Shown: positions 46,541 to 56,308 of the stretch, one piece after another
Layout: every line of letters starts with the position of its first letter
How positions within the stretch are numbered: the first letter of the stretch is position 1
Assembly (NCBI GenBank): GCA_963699965.1
Contig: CAVOVX010000007.1
Span: 14-64,013 of the forward strand
Direction: 5' to 3'
Length of the DNA: 64,000 nucleotides
Source of the DNA: an uncultured Chloroflexia bacterium
GTDB taxonomy: Bacteria; Chloroflexota; Limnocylindria; Limnocylindrales; CSP1-4
Position numbers and translations under genes: made by a program
The notes under the pieces: generated by a model
What the model was told of the DNA's origin: nothing
The model's database searches: none
The model's input: the letters and a program-made list of their open reading frames with translations, nothing else

Positions 46541-48049
46541 TTGGCGTCGAACGCGGCGACCGCGTGGCCTGCAGCGGCCAGCCAAGTCGGCGGCGCGTAT
46601 CATGCAGCCACCTCGCTGGTGAGTGCGTTGACCGGACCGTCGTCCACGGGACCCTTGACCCACGGTTTCCTGTTCGCCGACCTGCGCGGGTACACCGCGT
46701 ACGCCGAGCAACGCGGCGACGCGGCGGCGGCCGATCTGCTGGATCGGTATCGCGTCCTGGTCCGCAACGTGGTCGCCCAGACCGGCGGCGCCGAGATCAG
46801 GACCGAAGGCGATAGCTTCTATGTGGTCTTCCCGTCGGCGTCCCGAGCGGTCGCGGGCGGTCTCGCGATCGTGGCGGCCGCGCACGAAGCGACCGCCGCC
46901 GACCCGACCCACTCAATCGAGGTTGGGATCGGTATCCACGCCGGTGAGGCCGAGGAGCGGCCCGATGGCTACGTTGGCTCCGCGGTCAATCTCGCCGCCC
47001 GCGTATGCTCGGTGGCTCAGCCAGGCGAGGTCCTGGTGACCGAAACGGTCCGCGTCCTGACTCGGACTAGCGGCCGGTATCGATTTACCGCCCGCGGCAA
47101 GCCGACGCTGAAGGGCATCGTCGAGCCGGTCGCCCTGTTCCGGGTCGATCCGATGGGTGAGGCCGCGCACGGGGCACGACCGAGGACGCTGCCACGAGTT
47201 CGCATCGTCAGCGCCGGCGCACTCTTGCTCGCGAGCGCGCTCGTCTTCGTTGGCGTCGCCTTCGTCGCCCGTGGGAGCTCCAGGGCGACGCCGCCTCCAG
47301 GCCCCTCGACGGGGGCCGGAGCAGGAGCGGCCCTGAGCCCATCAGCGAGCTCACTCAAGACCGGATCCTCGCCGCTTCCGTTGATTGGCGGACAGAACGA
47401 GCCGGGGACCCATTGCTCGACGACCTTCAAGCCGACGGTCTGCCTCACGCTCCCAGAGGGATGGTCCGTGATCTCCGAACTGGCCAGCGAGATCCTGATC
47501 AGCGACGAGCCGGCAGTCCTGGATCAGTATCAGGGGGGTGCGCTCACGGGGGGCCGGATCTATCGGGCGCCCGAGATGGGCAAGCACTGGAAGTCGATCA
47601 CGATCTCGCGGCCGTCCTTCTCGGTTGTTCCGTGCTCGAGCTACCCGCCGGCTGGGCCCGGATCCTTGCGCGCGCCCGTCACGGTCCCGATCGGGTCGAC
47701 GCGGGAGGCATTCGCGGCTCAGCTGCGAGACCGCCCGGGATTGCAGGTCAGTGCAACGGTTCCGTCTCAGCTCGGCGCCAACGATGCCTTCGTCGTCGAC
47801 GTTTCGCTGATCAGGTCGTGCGGCGCCGTCCCGATCGTGTACCTCGACTGGTTCGGCCCCTGCTCGTGTCCGGATGGGCTTCCCGACTATGCTGGTTTTG
47901 CTGCGGTCACGGGTGCCACGAGCCGTCTGTTCATGTTGGATCACGAGAACCAGACCATCGTGATCGCCGCCACGGCTCCGACCAGCGCGTTCCCTACCTA
48001 CGTCGAGACCGCCAAGGCGGTCCTGTCGTCGCTCACGTTCGCACCCTGA
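46541..48049 (+). CDS. Membrane-anchored class III adenylate/guanylate cyclase with an uncharacterised extracytoplasmic C-terminal domain
   Basis: GFLFADLRGYTAYAE, IRTEGDSFYVVF, GIGIHAGEAE..GSAVNLAARV, TLKGIVEPVALFRV, then TM helix AGALLLASALVFVGVAFV and about 250 aa of Cys-containing domain. The exact start is uncertain. Confidence 0.75.
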   Translation: MASNAATAWPAAASQVGGAYHAATSLVSALTGPSSTGPLTHGFLFADLRGYTAYAEQRGDAAAADLLDRYRVLVRNVVAQTGGAEIRTEGDSFYVVFPSASRAVAGGLAIVAAAHEATAADPTHSIEVGIGIHAGEAEERPDGYVGSAVNLAARVCSVAQPGEVLVTETVRVLTRTSGRYRFTARGKPTLKGIVEPVALFRVDPMGEAAHGARPRTLPRVRIVSAGALLLASALVFVGVAFVARGSSRATPPPGPSTGAGAGAALSPSASSLKTGSSPLPLIGGQNEPGTHCSTTFKPTVCLTLPEGWSVISELASEILISDEPAVLDQYQGGALTGGRIYRAPEMGKHWKSITISRPSFSVVPCSSYPPAGPGSLRAPVTVPIGSTREAFAAQLRDRPGLQVSATVPSQLGANDAFVVDVSLIRSCGAVPIVYLDWFGPCSCPDGLPDYAGFAAVTGATSRLFMLDHENQTIVIAATAPTSAFPTYVETAKAVLSSLTFAP

Positions 48050-48097
48050 TCCGGCGTTCGACGAGCCGCCTCATGGCTCCCGCCAGCGCAGCAGAGA

Positions 48098-48370
48098 CTT
48101 GGTCCGGGGCCCCCGAAAAGGTTCGGAGCGGTCTCCCGAGGGAAACCGCTCCGATGCTGTCCCGGTGAAGGTGTCCGCCGAAACGGACTCTTCTGCCACG
48201 CCACAAAGGCATCTATCACGTCGGCTGCACCGACTACCCTGACCCTACCTACCCATGACCTTGAAGCTGGGGCAGCAGGCTGCACAAGCAGCACCCTTAC
48301 TGTACCGATTGGAGAGCCCGAATCCAAGGGTTTTGTCAGGTTCTGCGGTGAAAATTCCTTAACCTAACCG
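48098..48370. ncRNA. Candidate structured non-coding RNA or long structured 3' UTR; family not identified
   Basis: 350-bp gap between convergent genes. My hand counts of three 60-nt lines give 48-60% GC against about 70% around it. Local hairpins at 48124-48153, 48173-48188, 48220-48234 and 48279-48292. Possible long-range pairing 48098-48126 with 48318-48328. No credible ORF. Confidence 0.25.
48116..48153 (-). terminator. Terminator-like hairpin on the minus strand: CGGAGCGGT..ACCGCTCCG followed by AACC-TTTT
   Basis: 9-bp GC-rich stem (48124-48132 / 48145-48153) with further inner pairs. A four-T run lies 4 nt downstream on the minus strand. The tail is weak. Confidence 0.35.
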
Positions 48371-48400
48371 GCGTCACAGCCAGCCGTCCGCGCGAGCGGA

Positions 48401-48892
48401 TCAATCGTCCGTGATCGTCACGCCGGTGATCGCGACCGGCTGGTCGGGCAGGTCGCGCGAGTTGCGCGGAGCGGACACGATCTTGTCGACGACGTCCATG
48501 CCCTTGGTCACCTGGCCGAACAGGGTGTAGTTCTTGGGCAGCCTCCCGGTCAGGTCGTCGGTGCAGACGAAGAACTGGCTGCCGTTCGTGTTCGGGCCCG
48601 AGTTGGCCATCGCCAGCGCTCCGCGGACGTAGTCGCCCTTGACCGGTTCGTCCTCGAACTTGTAGCCCGGCCCGCCGGTCCCGACCCGACCGGCGTTGAG
48701 CGACGACTTCTTGCCGTGCTCCCCGTCGCCGCCCTGGATGACGAACCCCGGGATCACCCGGTGGAAGATCACGTCGTCGTAGAAGCCCTTCTGGGCGAGG
48801 TCCACGAAGTTCTGGGCGGCCTTCGGGGCGCTGTCGGTGAACAGGTCGACCTCGATGTCGCCAAGCTCGGTCGTGATGATCGCGTGGGTCAC
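48401..48892 (-). CDS. Peptidyl-prolyl cis-trans isomerase, cyclophilin type (cytoplasmic)
   Basis: 163-aa ORF with FHRVIPGFVIQGGD, GGPGYKFEDE, GALAMANSGPNTNGSQFFV and FGQVTKGMDVVDKI. Confidence 0.9.
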   Translation of the reverse strand: MTHAIITTELGDIEVDLFTDSAPKAAQNFVDLAQKGFYDDVIFHRVIPGFVIQGGDGEHGKKSSLNAGRVGTGGPGYKFEDEPVKGDYVRGALAMANSGPNTNGSQFFVCTDDLTGRLPKNYTLFGQVTKGMDVVDKIVSAPRNSRDLPDQPVAITGVTITDD

Positions 48893-48928
48893 GGGTGCTC
48901 CTCTCTTGGGCTGGGCCGGCGCGGCCCG

Positions 48929-49710
48929 CTACTGGCTGACGGTGACCTTGGTCATCGGGACCGGGTCGATCGCGGCGTTGCCCGCGGCCTCACCGGCGTT
49001 CGGCATGGCTGCGATCGCGTCGACGACCTCCATCCCCTCGGTCACCTTGCCGACGATCTGGTAGGTGTTGTACGAGGCCAGGATGTCACCAGCCTGATCG
49101 TCGAGCACGATGAAGAACTGCGACCCGACGGAGTCCGGGGCGTCCGTCCGGGCCATCGCCACCACGCCACGGCCGTACTTGGCGGTGACCTCCTCGTCCT
49201 TGATCGTGTAGCCAGGGCCACCCTGACCGGCCTTCCCGGAGTCGGCCAGCTTGCCGTCGGCGCCGATCCGGCCGAACTCACCGTCCCCGCCCTGGATCAC
49301 GAAGCCAGGGACGAGACGGTGGAAGACGACACCGTCGTACCAGCCACACTCGGCGAGCGCGACGATGTTGCCGGCGGCGATCGGCGACAGCGCCCCGTCG
49401 ATCTCGATGACGATCGGGCCCTTGGACGTGTCGATCGTGAGGTCCGCTTCTGGCCCGCCGGGAGCGGAGCGGGCTGGCTCTTCGGGCAGTCGGACAGGTC
49501 GACCGAGGCGCCCGGTGCGGCCGAGCCCTGAGCCCCGGCCGAGCCCGGTGCCGAGGAGGTCGACGGGGCCGTGCTGAGCGGCGTGGTCGCAGCGGACGAT
49601 GGAGTGGCCGAGCCGGCGCCCGCTCCGGTGCACCCGGCGACGAGCAGAACAACAGCGGCCAGCGTGCCGAGCGGCAGTGGGACGAGACGCAGGGATGGAC
49701 GACGGGTCAT
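48929..49710 (-). CDS. Cyclophilin-type peptidyl-prolyl isomerase lipoprotein, one frame break near 49470
   Basis: MTRRPSLRLVPLPLGTLAAVVLLVAGCTGAG (lipobox), Ser/Ala/Pro-rich linker, then in another frame IDTSKGPIVIEIDG..FHRLVPGFVIQGGDG..GVVAMARTDAPDSVGSQFFIV..VGKVTEGMEVVDAI. Confidence 0.75.
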
Positions 49711-50408
49711 GCGGCGGCCTCCAGGGCGGCGGGGAAGTCGATGGCTCCGGACAGGAGCGATTCTCCGAGGATGAGGCCGGCCACGCCCGCATCGCGGATG
49801 CGCGAGATCGTGGCCGGGTCGCTGGCTCCGCCGGCGACGAGGATCTCGGCATCGTACGACCGAACGAGCCGAGCCAGCAGATCGAGGTCCGGACCGGACC
49901 GGCCGTGGCCGAGGACGAGTCGCCGGACGCCGTGCCCGACGAGCTCGGTGACGAGCGTCTCGAGCGTCGGTGGGGTGGCCCGCTTCCAGGGGAAGGCCGT
50001 CAGCCGCTCGGGGCGCGGATCGAGACCGACCGCCAGCCAGTCGCCGGCGACCTCGAGACATGCCCGCAGGCGGTCCGGGTCCTCGACGATCGACATCGCC
50101 AGCACGGCCCGGGTTGCTCCCGCGGCGAAGGCGAGCCGGATCCCGTCGGCGCTCTCCAGCCCCCCGGCAACCTGGAGCGGGACGGCCACCCTGGCTGCGA
50201 CCGAGCCGATCGCCTCGAGGTTCACCGGCTCACCGGCCCGGGCCCCATCGAAGTCGACCAGGTGGATGATCCGGGCGCCCTGCTCGACGAACCGCGCCGC
50301 GATCCGCTCCGGCCGGTCGGTCGGTGTGCCGACGCCGGCCGAGGCCCCCGGCCACGAGACGACTCGCGAGCGCCCGCTCTCGAGGTCGATCGCCGGGATG
50401 ATCTGCAC
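49707..50408 (-). CDS. HisA/HisF family TIM-barrel protein (ProFAR isomerase-like)
   Basis: 233-aa ORF with MQIIPAIDLESGRSRVV, IIHLVDFDGA, VPLQVAGGLES, VGLDPRP and ILVAGGASD. Its end overlaps the next start (ATGA). Confidence 0.7.
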   Translation of the reverse strand: MQIIPAIDLESGRSRVVSWPGASAGVGTPTDRPERIAARFVEQGARIIHLVDFDGARAGEPVNLEAIGSVAARVAVPLQVAGGLESADGIRLAFAAGATRAVLAMSIVEDPDRLRACLEVAGDWLAVGLDPRPERLTAFPWKRATPPTLETLVTELVGHGVRRLVLGHGRSGPDLDLLARLVRSYDAEILVAGGASDPATISRIRDAGVAGLILGESLLSGAIDFPAALEAAA

Positions 50409-50417
50409 CGGCGACGG

Positions 50418-52152
50418 TCAGCGCGCGGCGGCGCGATCGGCGCCCGATCCGCCGCCGAGCTGGGCCGCGCCGCCTTCGCCGGCCAGGAGCCTGCGCTGGA
50501 AGCTGATCGGCAGGCTGCCGTTGCGAAGGAGGGCATCGTGGAACCGGCGGAGCGAGAACCCGGCGCCGAGCCGGGCCGACTCGTCGGCACGGAGCTGGAG
50601 CAGGAGCACCTTCCCGAGCAGGTAGCTCAGCTGGTACGTCGGCGTGTAGGTGTAACGGAGGATCTCGGCCCGGGCGTTCGGCTCCTCGAAGCTCGTCTGG
50701 TCGACCATGAACCGGATCGCGTCCTCGACCCCGATCTCGCCCCGGTGCATCCGCACGTCGAGGATGATCCGGCACGCCCGCCAGATCGCGTCGGTGTACA
50801 TGTTCAGGCGGAAGTTCGGGGCGTCGTCGAAGCCCTGCTCGCGCATCATCTGCTCGGAGTACATGCCCCAGCCCTCGACGAACTCGGGAGCGTTCGTGAG
50901 CGCCCGGGTCAGGCTGGGGTGCTTCCCGGCGACCGACAGCTGGAGGTGGTGGCCGGGATACGCCTCGTGGATGCTCGTGTTGCTGATCGAGCTGTAGTTG
51001 TGCTCGCGCATCGCGTTCGGGTCGTCGCCGACCGACGGCGTGACGATGTAGATCCCGCTCGGGTTCGCGTCGAACTTGGGCGGGTCGAAGTACGCCGCGA
51101 ACGGGATGACGTTGCGGATGTACTCGGGGGTCGGGATGACCTCGATCCGTTCGTCGTCGGGGACGGTCACGATGTCGCGATCGATGAGGTGCTGGCGGGC
51201 CCGGAACATGACGTCCCGATAGGCGTCGAGCGCGGCCGCGAAGGTCGCCGGATGGTCGCTCTTGATTCGGCCCACGACTGTCGGCTCGTCGACGGATGGA
51301 TCGATCTCCCTGGCCGCTGCGACCCGGGCCGCCCGGTTCAGCTCGAGCTGCTCGAGACCGACCTCGAGGATGTCGTCCGCGTCGAGGCTGTCGAACGCGC
51401 GCAGGCCGACGAGCTCGTCGTAGCGCTCGCCACCGAGCGCCCAATCGTCGGTCCCCCCGGCCAGCGTGCTCTCGAGCCAGGTCCGATAGTCGATGACGGC
51501 GGCCCGCGCCCCGTCGGCAGCGGCCCGCAGCCGGCGCAGGTCAGCCGGCCCGAGGATGCCCTCGCCGGCCGCGACGACCTCGTCGAACAGGGTCGGGATC
51601 TCGCCGGCGGTCTCGATCTCGATCGCCTGCCAGAGGCGGACCTGGGGGACGACCGCCCGGCTGCGCGAGGCGTCGAGGAAGGCCGGGGTCGCCTCGAGCC
51701 GGCTGGCGATCGCATCGAGCCGCTCGTCGAGCGGGGCGAAGTCACGGGCAAACAGCGCGAACAGCGGATCGCCGACGCCGTCGAGCGCAGTCGACCGGCG
51801 TTCCCAGACCCGGACGACGTCGGTGTCGAAGATGTCCCGGCGGACGTTGTGGATCTCGAGATCGCGCTCGAACCGGGCCTCGGCCGACAGCCCGGCCGGA
51901 TCGAGCGCCTCGATCGAGAGCGAGATGGGCGCGGTCGGCGGCGACCTCGCCGAGCACGGCATCGCGCTCCCCGTTGGCCAGCCGGTGGTCCTCCGAGTGG
52001 ATCCCCACGAACGTGGCGAAGTCCGGGTGATCGCGGACGATCCGCCGGAAGCGGTCCTCGACGAGACCGTAGAACCGGTCGTCGAGCGGGCCCCGGTCGG
52101 CAGCCGGTCCGGGCCTGGTGAGCGCGATCTCGTCGAGCGTCTGGCGGGTCAC
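50418..52152 (-). CDS. DUF885 family protein (putative metallopeptidase-like), one frame break near 51930
   Basis: GGGGAGGA RBS then GTG 52152. DDRFYGLVEDRFRRIVRDHPDFATFVGIH, then the 514-aa frame with IHEAYPGHHLQL, FVEGWGMYSEQMM, and RYTYTPTYQLSYLLG. Confidence 0.8.
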
Positions 52153-52189
52153 GTCGGTCCTCCCCGACGGCCGGTCCGGCAACCGAACG

Positions 52190-53297
52190 TCACTGTGCCC
52201 CGGCGGTGGCCGGTGCCGTCTCGCGCAGGACGGCGGCCACGGCCGCCAGGGTCGTCTCGATGTCGGTCGCGTCGATCCCGTAGTGGGTCACCGCGCGGAC
52301 CTGACCGTGCGGATATTCCACCATCAGCACGTTCCGCGCACGGAGCGCCTCGAGGAACGCGGCCCGGTCGCGGGCAACCCGGAAGACCACGAAGTTCGTC
52401 CGGACGCGAGCCGGATCGAGGGGGCCCGGATCGGGCTGGGTGATGCCGCCGGCCGACAGGATCCCGTCGAGCTCGGCCAGGCCGTCGGCCAGCCGGCGGG
52501 CGTTGGCATGGTCCTCGGCGAGGCGCTCGATCATCCCGGCCGGGCCGGGTCGCAGGGCGAGCAGCCCCGGGTGCGGCGAGGACCCCGGCCTGGCGCATGC
52601 CGCCGCCGACGAGCTTGCGCCCGCGGCGCGCTCGCCAGATGACGTCGCGGCTCCCGACGACGACCGAGCCGACCGGACAGGCGAGGCCCTTGCTCAGGCA
52701 GAACGTGACCGTGTCGGCCGGGGCGGCCAGCTCGGTCGGCGTGACCCCGAGCGCGACGACGGCGTTGAAGAACCGGGCACCGTCGACGTGGAGCGGAACC
52801 GCGTGGCGATGGGCCACCCCCGCGACCTCGGCGGTGTACCCGACCGACAGCGGCTGGCCCATCGAATGGGCGTGGGTGTTCTCGATCGCGACCAGGCCGC
52901 TGATCGGCTCGTGCGGGTCGCCCGGGTCGCGGAAGGCATCGTCGATCTCGGCCGGGTCGATGGTCCCGTCCGGCCGCTCGCGCAGGGTCCGAACGCTCGT
53001 CCCGACGATGACCGCGTGACCGGCCGCCTCGTCGAGCACGACGTGGCTGCTCGCTGCCGCGATCGTCTCCTGGCCCCGGGCGAGGTGGGCCAGCTGGGCG
53101 ACGAGGTTGCCCTGGGTCCCGCTCGTCACGAACAGGCCGGCTTCCTTGCCGAGCAGCTCGGCCGCCCGCTCCTCGAGCGCGTTGACCGTGGGATCGTCGC
53201 CGAACACGTCGTCGCCGACCTCGGCTGCGGCCATCGCCCGACGCATCTCGTCGGTCGGCTTCGTGACGGTGTCCGAGCGCAGATCGATCCGGTCCAT
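52190..53297 (-). CDS. ltaE: Low-specificity threonine aldolase / beta-eliminating lyase family, one frame break near 52555
   Basis: MDRIDLRSDTVTKPTDEMRRAMAAAEVGDDVFGDDPTVNALE, SGTQGNLVA, LVAIENTH, HVDGARFFNA, FCLSKGLACPVGS, then MIERLAEDHANARRLADGL. Confidence 0.8.
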
Positions 53298-53377
53298 GGG
53301 GGACCGAGTATAGGTCGCCGGCCGGTCAACCAAGGACAACCGGGGTGCCACCTGCTATCCTCCGCATTCGCCGCACT

Positions 53378-53454
53378 GGACCCGTGGTGTAGCGGCCCAA
53401 CATGCCAGCCTGTCACGCTGGAGATCGCCGGTTCGAATCCGGTCGGGTCCGCCA
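53378..53454 (+). tRNA. tRNA-Asp (anticodon GUC)
   Basis: Acceptor GGACCCG/CGGGTCC, anticodon arm CCAGC-CTGTCAC-GCTGG with GTC at 53412-53414, T arm GCCGG-TTCGAAT-CCGGT, then G-CCA. Confidence 0.9.
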
Positions 53455-53469
53455 TCGACGCTTCTACCC

Positions 53470-53506
53470 AACGCCCCGTCCCCCGCCCGGACGGGGCGTT
53501 CTTCAT
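53470..53506 (+). terminator. Intrinsic terminator after tRNA-Asp
   Basis: Perfect 12-bp stem AACGCCCCGTCC / GGACGGGGCGTT with a 7-nt loop, followed by CTTC. Confidence 0.6.
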
Positions 53507-53548
53507 GGTCGGGCCGACCAGAACCCGTCCTTCTGGCAGACTCCACCA

Positions 53549-55243
53549 GTGACCCCGCCACGTCGCCGACCGCGCACGCACGCCCACCGCCTCGTCGAGG
53601 GCACGCGGCGCCCGACGGTCGGTCCGGTCGCGATCGCCGTGGGAGTCGTCGCGGTCCTCGCCGTCGCCGTCATCCTGCTGGCCGGTCCGAGCTCGGCGCC
53701 GAGCGCCTCCCCGCAGCCGAGCGGCTCGGTCGCCGCGGCTTCGCAGGTGGCGGTCGGATCGCCCGCTCCGTCGGTCGCGCCGGTCGGCTCGCCGGTCGCC
53801 AGCCCCTCGGCGGGCTCGTCAGGCGGCGGCGCGGCCGCCGTCCCGATCGTCCCGGTCGTCGACTTCCGGTCGACCGAAGGGTCGGTCAAGGCGTCCGACG
53901 TGACGGCCACGCTCGGCACGGGCTCGGGTCGGTACGAGGCCCTCGAGCTCATCGCCGACGACGCCGATCGGATCCTCGCCGCGCTCGGCGCCTCGCGGCC
54001 GGCGACCGCCAGCCGATTGATCCTGGCCAAGGACGCGTCGACGCTGGCCAGGGACCTGGCCAAGCACCGGAACCGGCTCGCGTTCCTTCGAGCGGACCAG
54101 GTGACCCCGGCCGTCCGGGCCCTCGCCTGGGGCGCCAGGAGCCTGTTCGGGGTCGATCGCGTGTCCAAGGCGTCCGACTGGCCGCTCAAGGCCGAGCTGC
54201 CGAGCTCGGACGGTGCCGCGGCCTTCGATCCGGCCGCCACCTGGACGATCGTGGCCGCCGGCGACATCATGCTCGACCGCGGCGTGGCCAAGGTCGTCAA
54301 GCTCCAGGGCAAGGGCTCCGACTTCCCGTTCAACGGCGGCTCGGCGACGATCACCGGCAGGACCTGCTGCTCCGCCCTCCACAACCCGGTCCCGGTGACC
54401 CGCCGAACTGGAGGAGCCGGCGCCGTGCGCGACCTCCTGACGTCGGCCGACCTGACCGTGGCCAACTTCGAGAACCCGGCTCCGGACGCCTTCCGGTACC
54501 ACACCCAGGGCACGGTCTTCTCGGCCGATCCCAAGCTCATCGCCGGTCTCAAGAAGGCCGGCTTCGACGTCGTCTCGATCGGGAACAACCACATCCGGGA
54601 CGCCGGCGCCAAGGGGATCCTCGACACGATCAAGAACCTCAAGAAGTACGGGATCAAGTCGACCGGTGCCGGCGCGAACCTGGCCGCCGCCCGGAAGCCG
54701 GCCGTCGTCGAGACCCACGGCCAGAAGGTCGCGATCCTCGGCTACGACACGATCGCCAAGTACTACGCCGCGGGGCCGTCGACCGCGGGCAGCGCCCAGC
54801 TGTCGAAGTCGGTCGTGCGAGCGGACATCAAGAAGGCCCGGGCCGCCGGCGCCGACGTCGTCATCGTCTACCCGCACTGGGGCACCGAGTACACGCCGAG
54901 GCCGTTCGCCGCCCAGCAGGCGCTGGCCCGGGCGATCATCGATGCCGGCGCCGACATGGTGATCGGCAACCACGCCCACTGGGTCGGGGCGATGGAGGTC
55001 TACAAGGGCCGTCCGATCTGGTACGCGCTCGGCAACTTCGTGTTCGACCAGGACTGGTCTGAGCCGACGATGGAGGGGATCACGCTCGAGCTGACGTTCA
55101 GCGGCGCCGACCTGGTCCAGGCCCGGATGCGGCCCCACGTGATCCTCGACAAGTCCCAGCCGAACTTCATGGACCCGGCCGGCACCGGCCGGGTCGTGAT
55201 GGGCCAGCTCTACGACGCCTCGAAGCGGTTCCTGCCCTGGTAG
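53549..55243 (+). CDS. CapA family protein (poly-gamma-glutamate capsule synthesis-like metallophosphoesterase), membrane anchored
   Basis: GTG 53549. TM helix VAIAVGVVAVLAVAVILLAG, Ala/Ser/Pro linker, IVAAGDIMLDRG, ADLTVANFENP, VVSIGNNHIRDAG, VIVYPHWGTEY, MVIGNHAHW. Confidence 0.75.
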   Translation: MTPPRRRPRTHAHRLVEGTRRPTVGPVAIAVGVVAVLAVAVILLAGPSSAPSASPQPSGSVAAASQVAVGSPAPSVAPVGSPVASPSAGSSGGGAAAVPIVPVVDFRSTEGSVKASDVTATLGTGSGRYEALELIADDADRILAALGASRPATASRLILAKDASTLARDLAKHRNRLAFLRADQVTPAVRALAWGARSLFGVDRVSKASDWPLKAELPSSDGAAAFDPAATWTIVAAGDIMLDRGVAKVVKLQGKGSDFPFNGGSATITGRTCCSALHNPVPVTRRTGGAGAVRDLLTSADLTVANFENPAPDAFRYHTQGTVFSADPKLIAGLKKAGFDVVSIGNNHIRDAGAKGILDTIKNLKKYGIKSTGAGANLAAARKPAVVETHGQKVAILGYDTIAKYYAAGPSTAGSAQLSKSVVRADIKKARAAGADVVIVYPHWGTEYTPRPFAAQQALARAIIDAGADMVIGNHAHWVGAMEVYKGRPIWYALGNFVFDQDWSEPTMEGITLELTFSGADLVQARMRPHVILDKSQPNFMDPAGTGRVVMGQLYDASKRFLPW

Positions 55244-55277
55244 CCCTCGGCTAGCGTTCTGCGCGAGCGCGATCTGA

Positions 55278-55297
55278 GCCGTCGGGCGAGCGACGGC
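55278..55297. terminator. Hairpin GCCGTCG-GGCGAG-CGACGGC between convergent genes
   Basis: 7-bp stem read directly, with no U-tract. Weak evidence. Confidence 0.3.
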
Positions 55298-55302
55298 GTC
55301 GG

Positions 55303-56247
55303 TCAGCCGAGCTCGGCGAACAGGCTCGTCTCGGGGAGCAGCGGCTCGAACCGGCTCTCGCGCAGGATGAAGGTCTCGGTCGACCACCAGCGGCGCCAGC
55401 CGTCCAGCCCAAACAGGATGAACGGCGACTGGTCGCTGATCTGGGTCACGTGCTCGCGCATGGCGGCCCACTTCGCATCGACGTAGGGTTCCACGTCGAC
55501 CCGGGTCGTGATCGCGTCGTCCGGCACGAGCAGCTTCGCCATGTACTCCTCGTGCTCGGCGATCTGTTCGGGCGTGGCGTCCTCGGGCGGCATCCAGAAC
55601 GAGCGCTGGCCGAGCGCCTCAAGTGCCTCGTTCATCGCGTTGCGGACGGACGCCGGAAAGGCCTGCTCGTAGAGCTTCGACGGAGCCCATGGGGCGAGAC
55701 CGCCGTCGGCCTCGGCCAAACCCGTCCCACCGTGCTCCGGGGCGAGCTGCCCGGCGTAGCGGGCCGGGTCGCCTGCTCGCTCGTACGCTCCGACGGCCAC
55801 GAGGTGGGTCCGGATGTGGTCGGGGTGACCGTAGCCACCGAACGCGTTGTAGGTGGTCACGACGTCCGGGCGATGGCGCCGGATCAGCCAGACGAGCCGG
55901 CCGATCGCCTCGTCGAGGTCGGCCTGCCAGAAGGCCCGTGGGTCGATGTTGCCGGCGGTCCCCATCATCCCCGAGTCGCGGTAGCCGAGGTTCTCCCACT
56001 CGGTCACCCCGAGGTGGGCCATCGCCCGCTCGAGCTCGCCGGCCCGGATCTCGCCGAGCCGGCGGTGGTTGTCGGGCGTGTCGAGGTCCGGCACGACGAT
56101 CTCGCCGAGCTCGCCACGGGTGCAGGTCACCAGGACCACCCGGTGGCCTTCGGCGACGGCCTTGGCCATCGTCCCGCCGGTGCCGATCGCTTCGTCGTCG
56201 GGGTGGGCGTGGACGGTCATCAGGGTCGGGGGTCGTGGGTCAGCCAT
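55303..56247 (-). CDS. PIG-L/LmbE family deacetylase-amidase, Mca/MshB (mycothiol conjugate amidase)-like
   Basis: MADPRPPTLMTVHAHPDDEAIGTGGTMAK, VVLVTCTRGELGEI, YRDSGMMG, GGYGHPDHIRTH. The ORF track extends to 56433; the family-typical start is ATG 56247. Confidence 0.7.
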   Translation of the reverse strand: MADPRPPTLMTVHAHPDDEAIGTGGTMAKAVAEGHRVVLVTCTRGELGEIVVPDLDTPDNHRRLGEIRAGELERAMAHLGVTEWENLGYRDSGMMGTAGNIDPRAFWQADLDEAIGRLVWLIRRHRPDVVTTYNAFGGYGHPDHIRTHLVAVGAYERAGDPARYAGQLAPEHGGTGLAEADGGLAPWAPSKLYEQAFPASVRNAMNEALEALGQRSFWMPPEDATPEQIAEHEEYMAKLLVPDDAITTRVDVEPYVDAKWAAMREHVTQISDQSPFILFGLDGWRRWWSTETFILRESRFEPLLPETSLFAELG

Positions 56248-56308
56248 GGTGGCATCGTACCCGGGCTCGTCCGAGCGGGCCGGCGCGGCTACCATCGGCG
56301 GCGTGCCC

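Noticed and set aside
48050-48400. Assignment of the structured gap to a known RNA family (6S, SRP/4.5S, RNase P, tmRNA, 6C)
   Set aside because: I could not find the diagnostic elements I remember for these families. Missing are the SRP GGAA tetraloop with AGCAGCC context, the RNase P GAGGAAAGUCC and ACAGAA blocks, the tmRNA tRNA-like ends, and the C-rich 6C loops. Only a vague resemblance to the E. coli 6S 3' end is present. Left as an unclassified candidate.
49599-52121. 840-aa ORF on the plus strand
   Set aside because: It runs antisense to the HisA-like and DUF885 genes, which have clear family motifs. The composition is low-complexity and Arg/Gly/Asp-rich. Shadow ORF.
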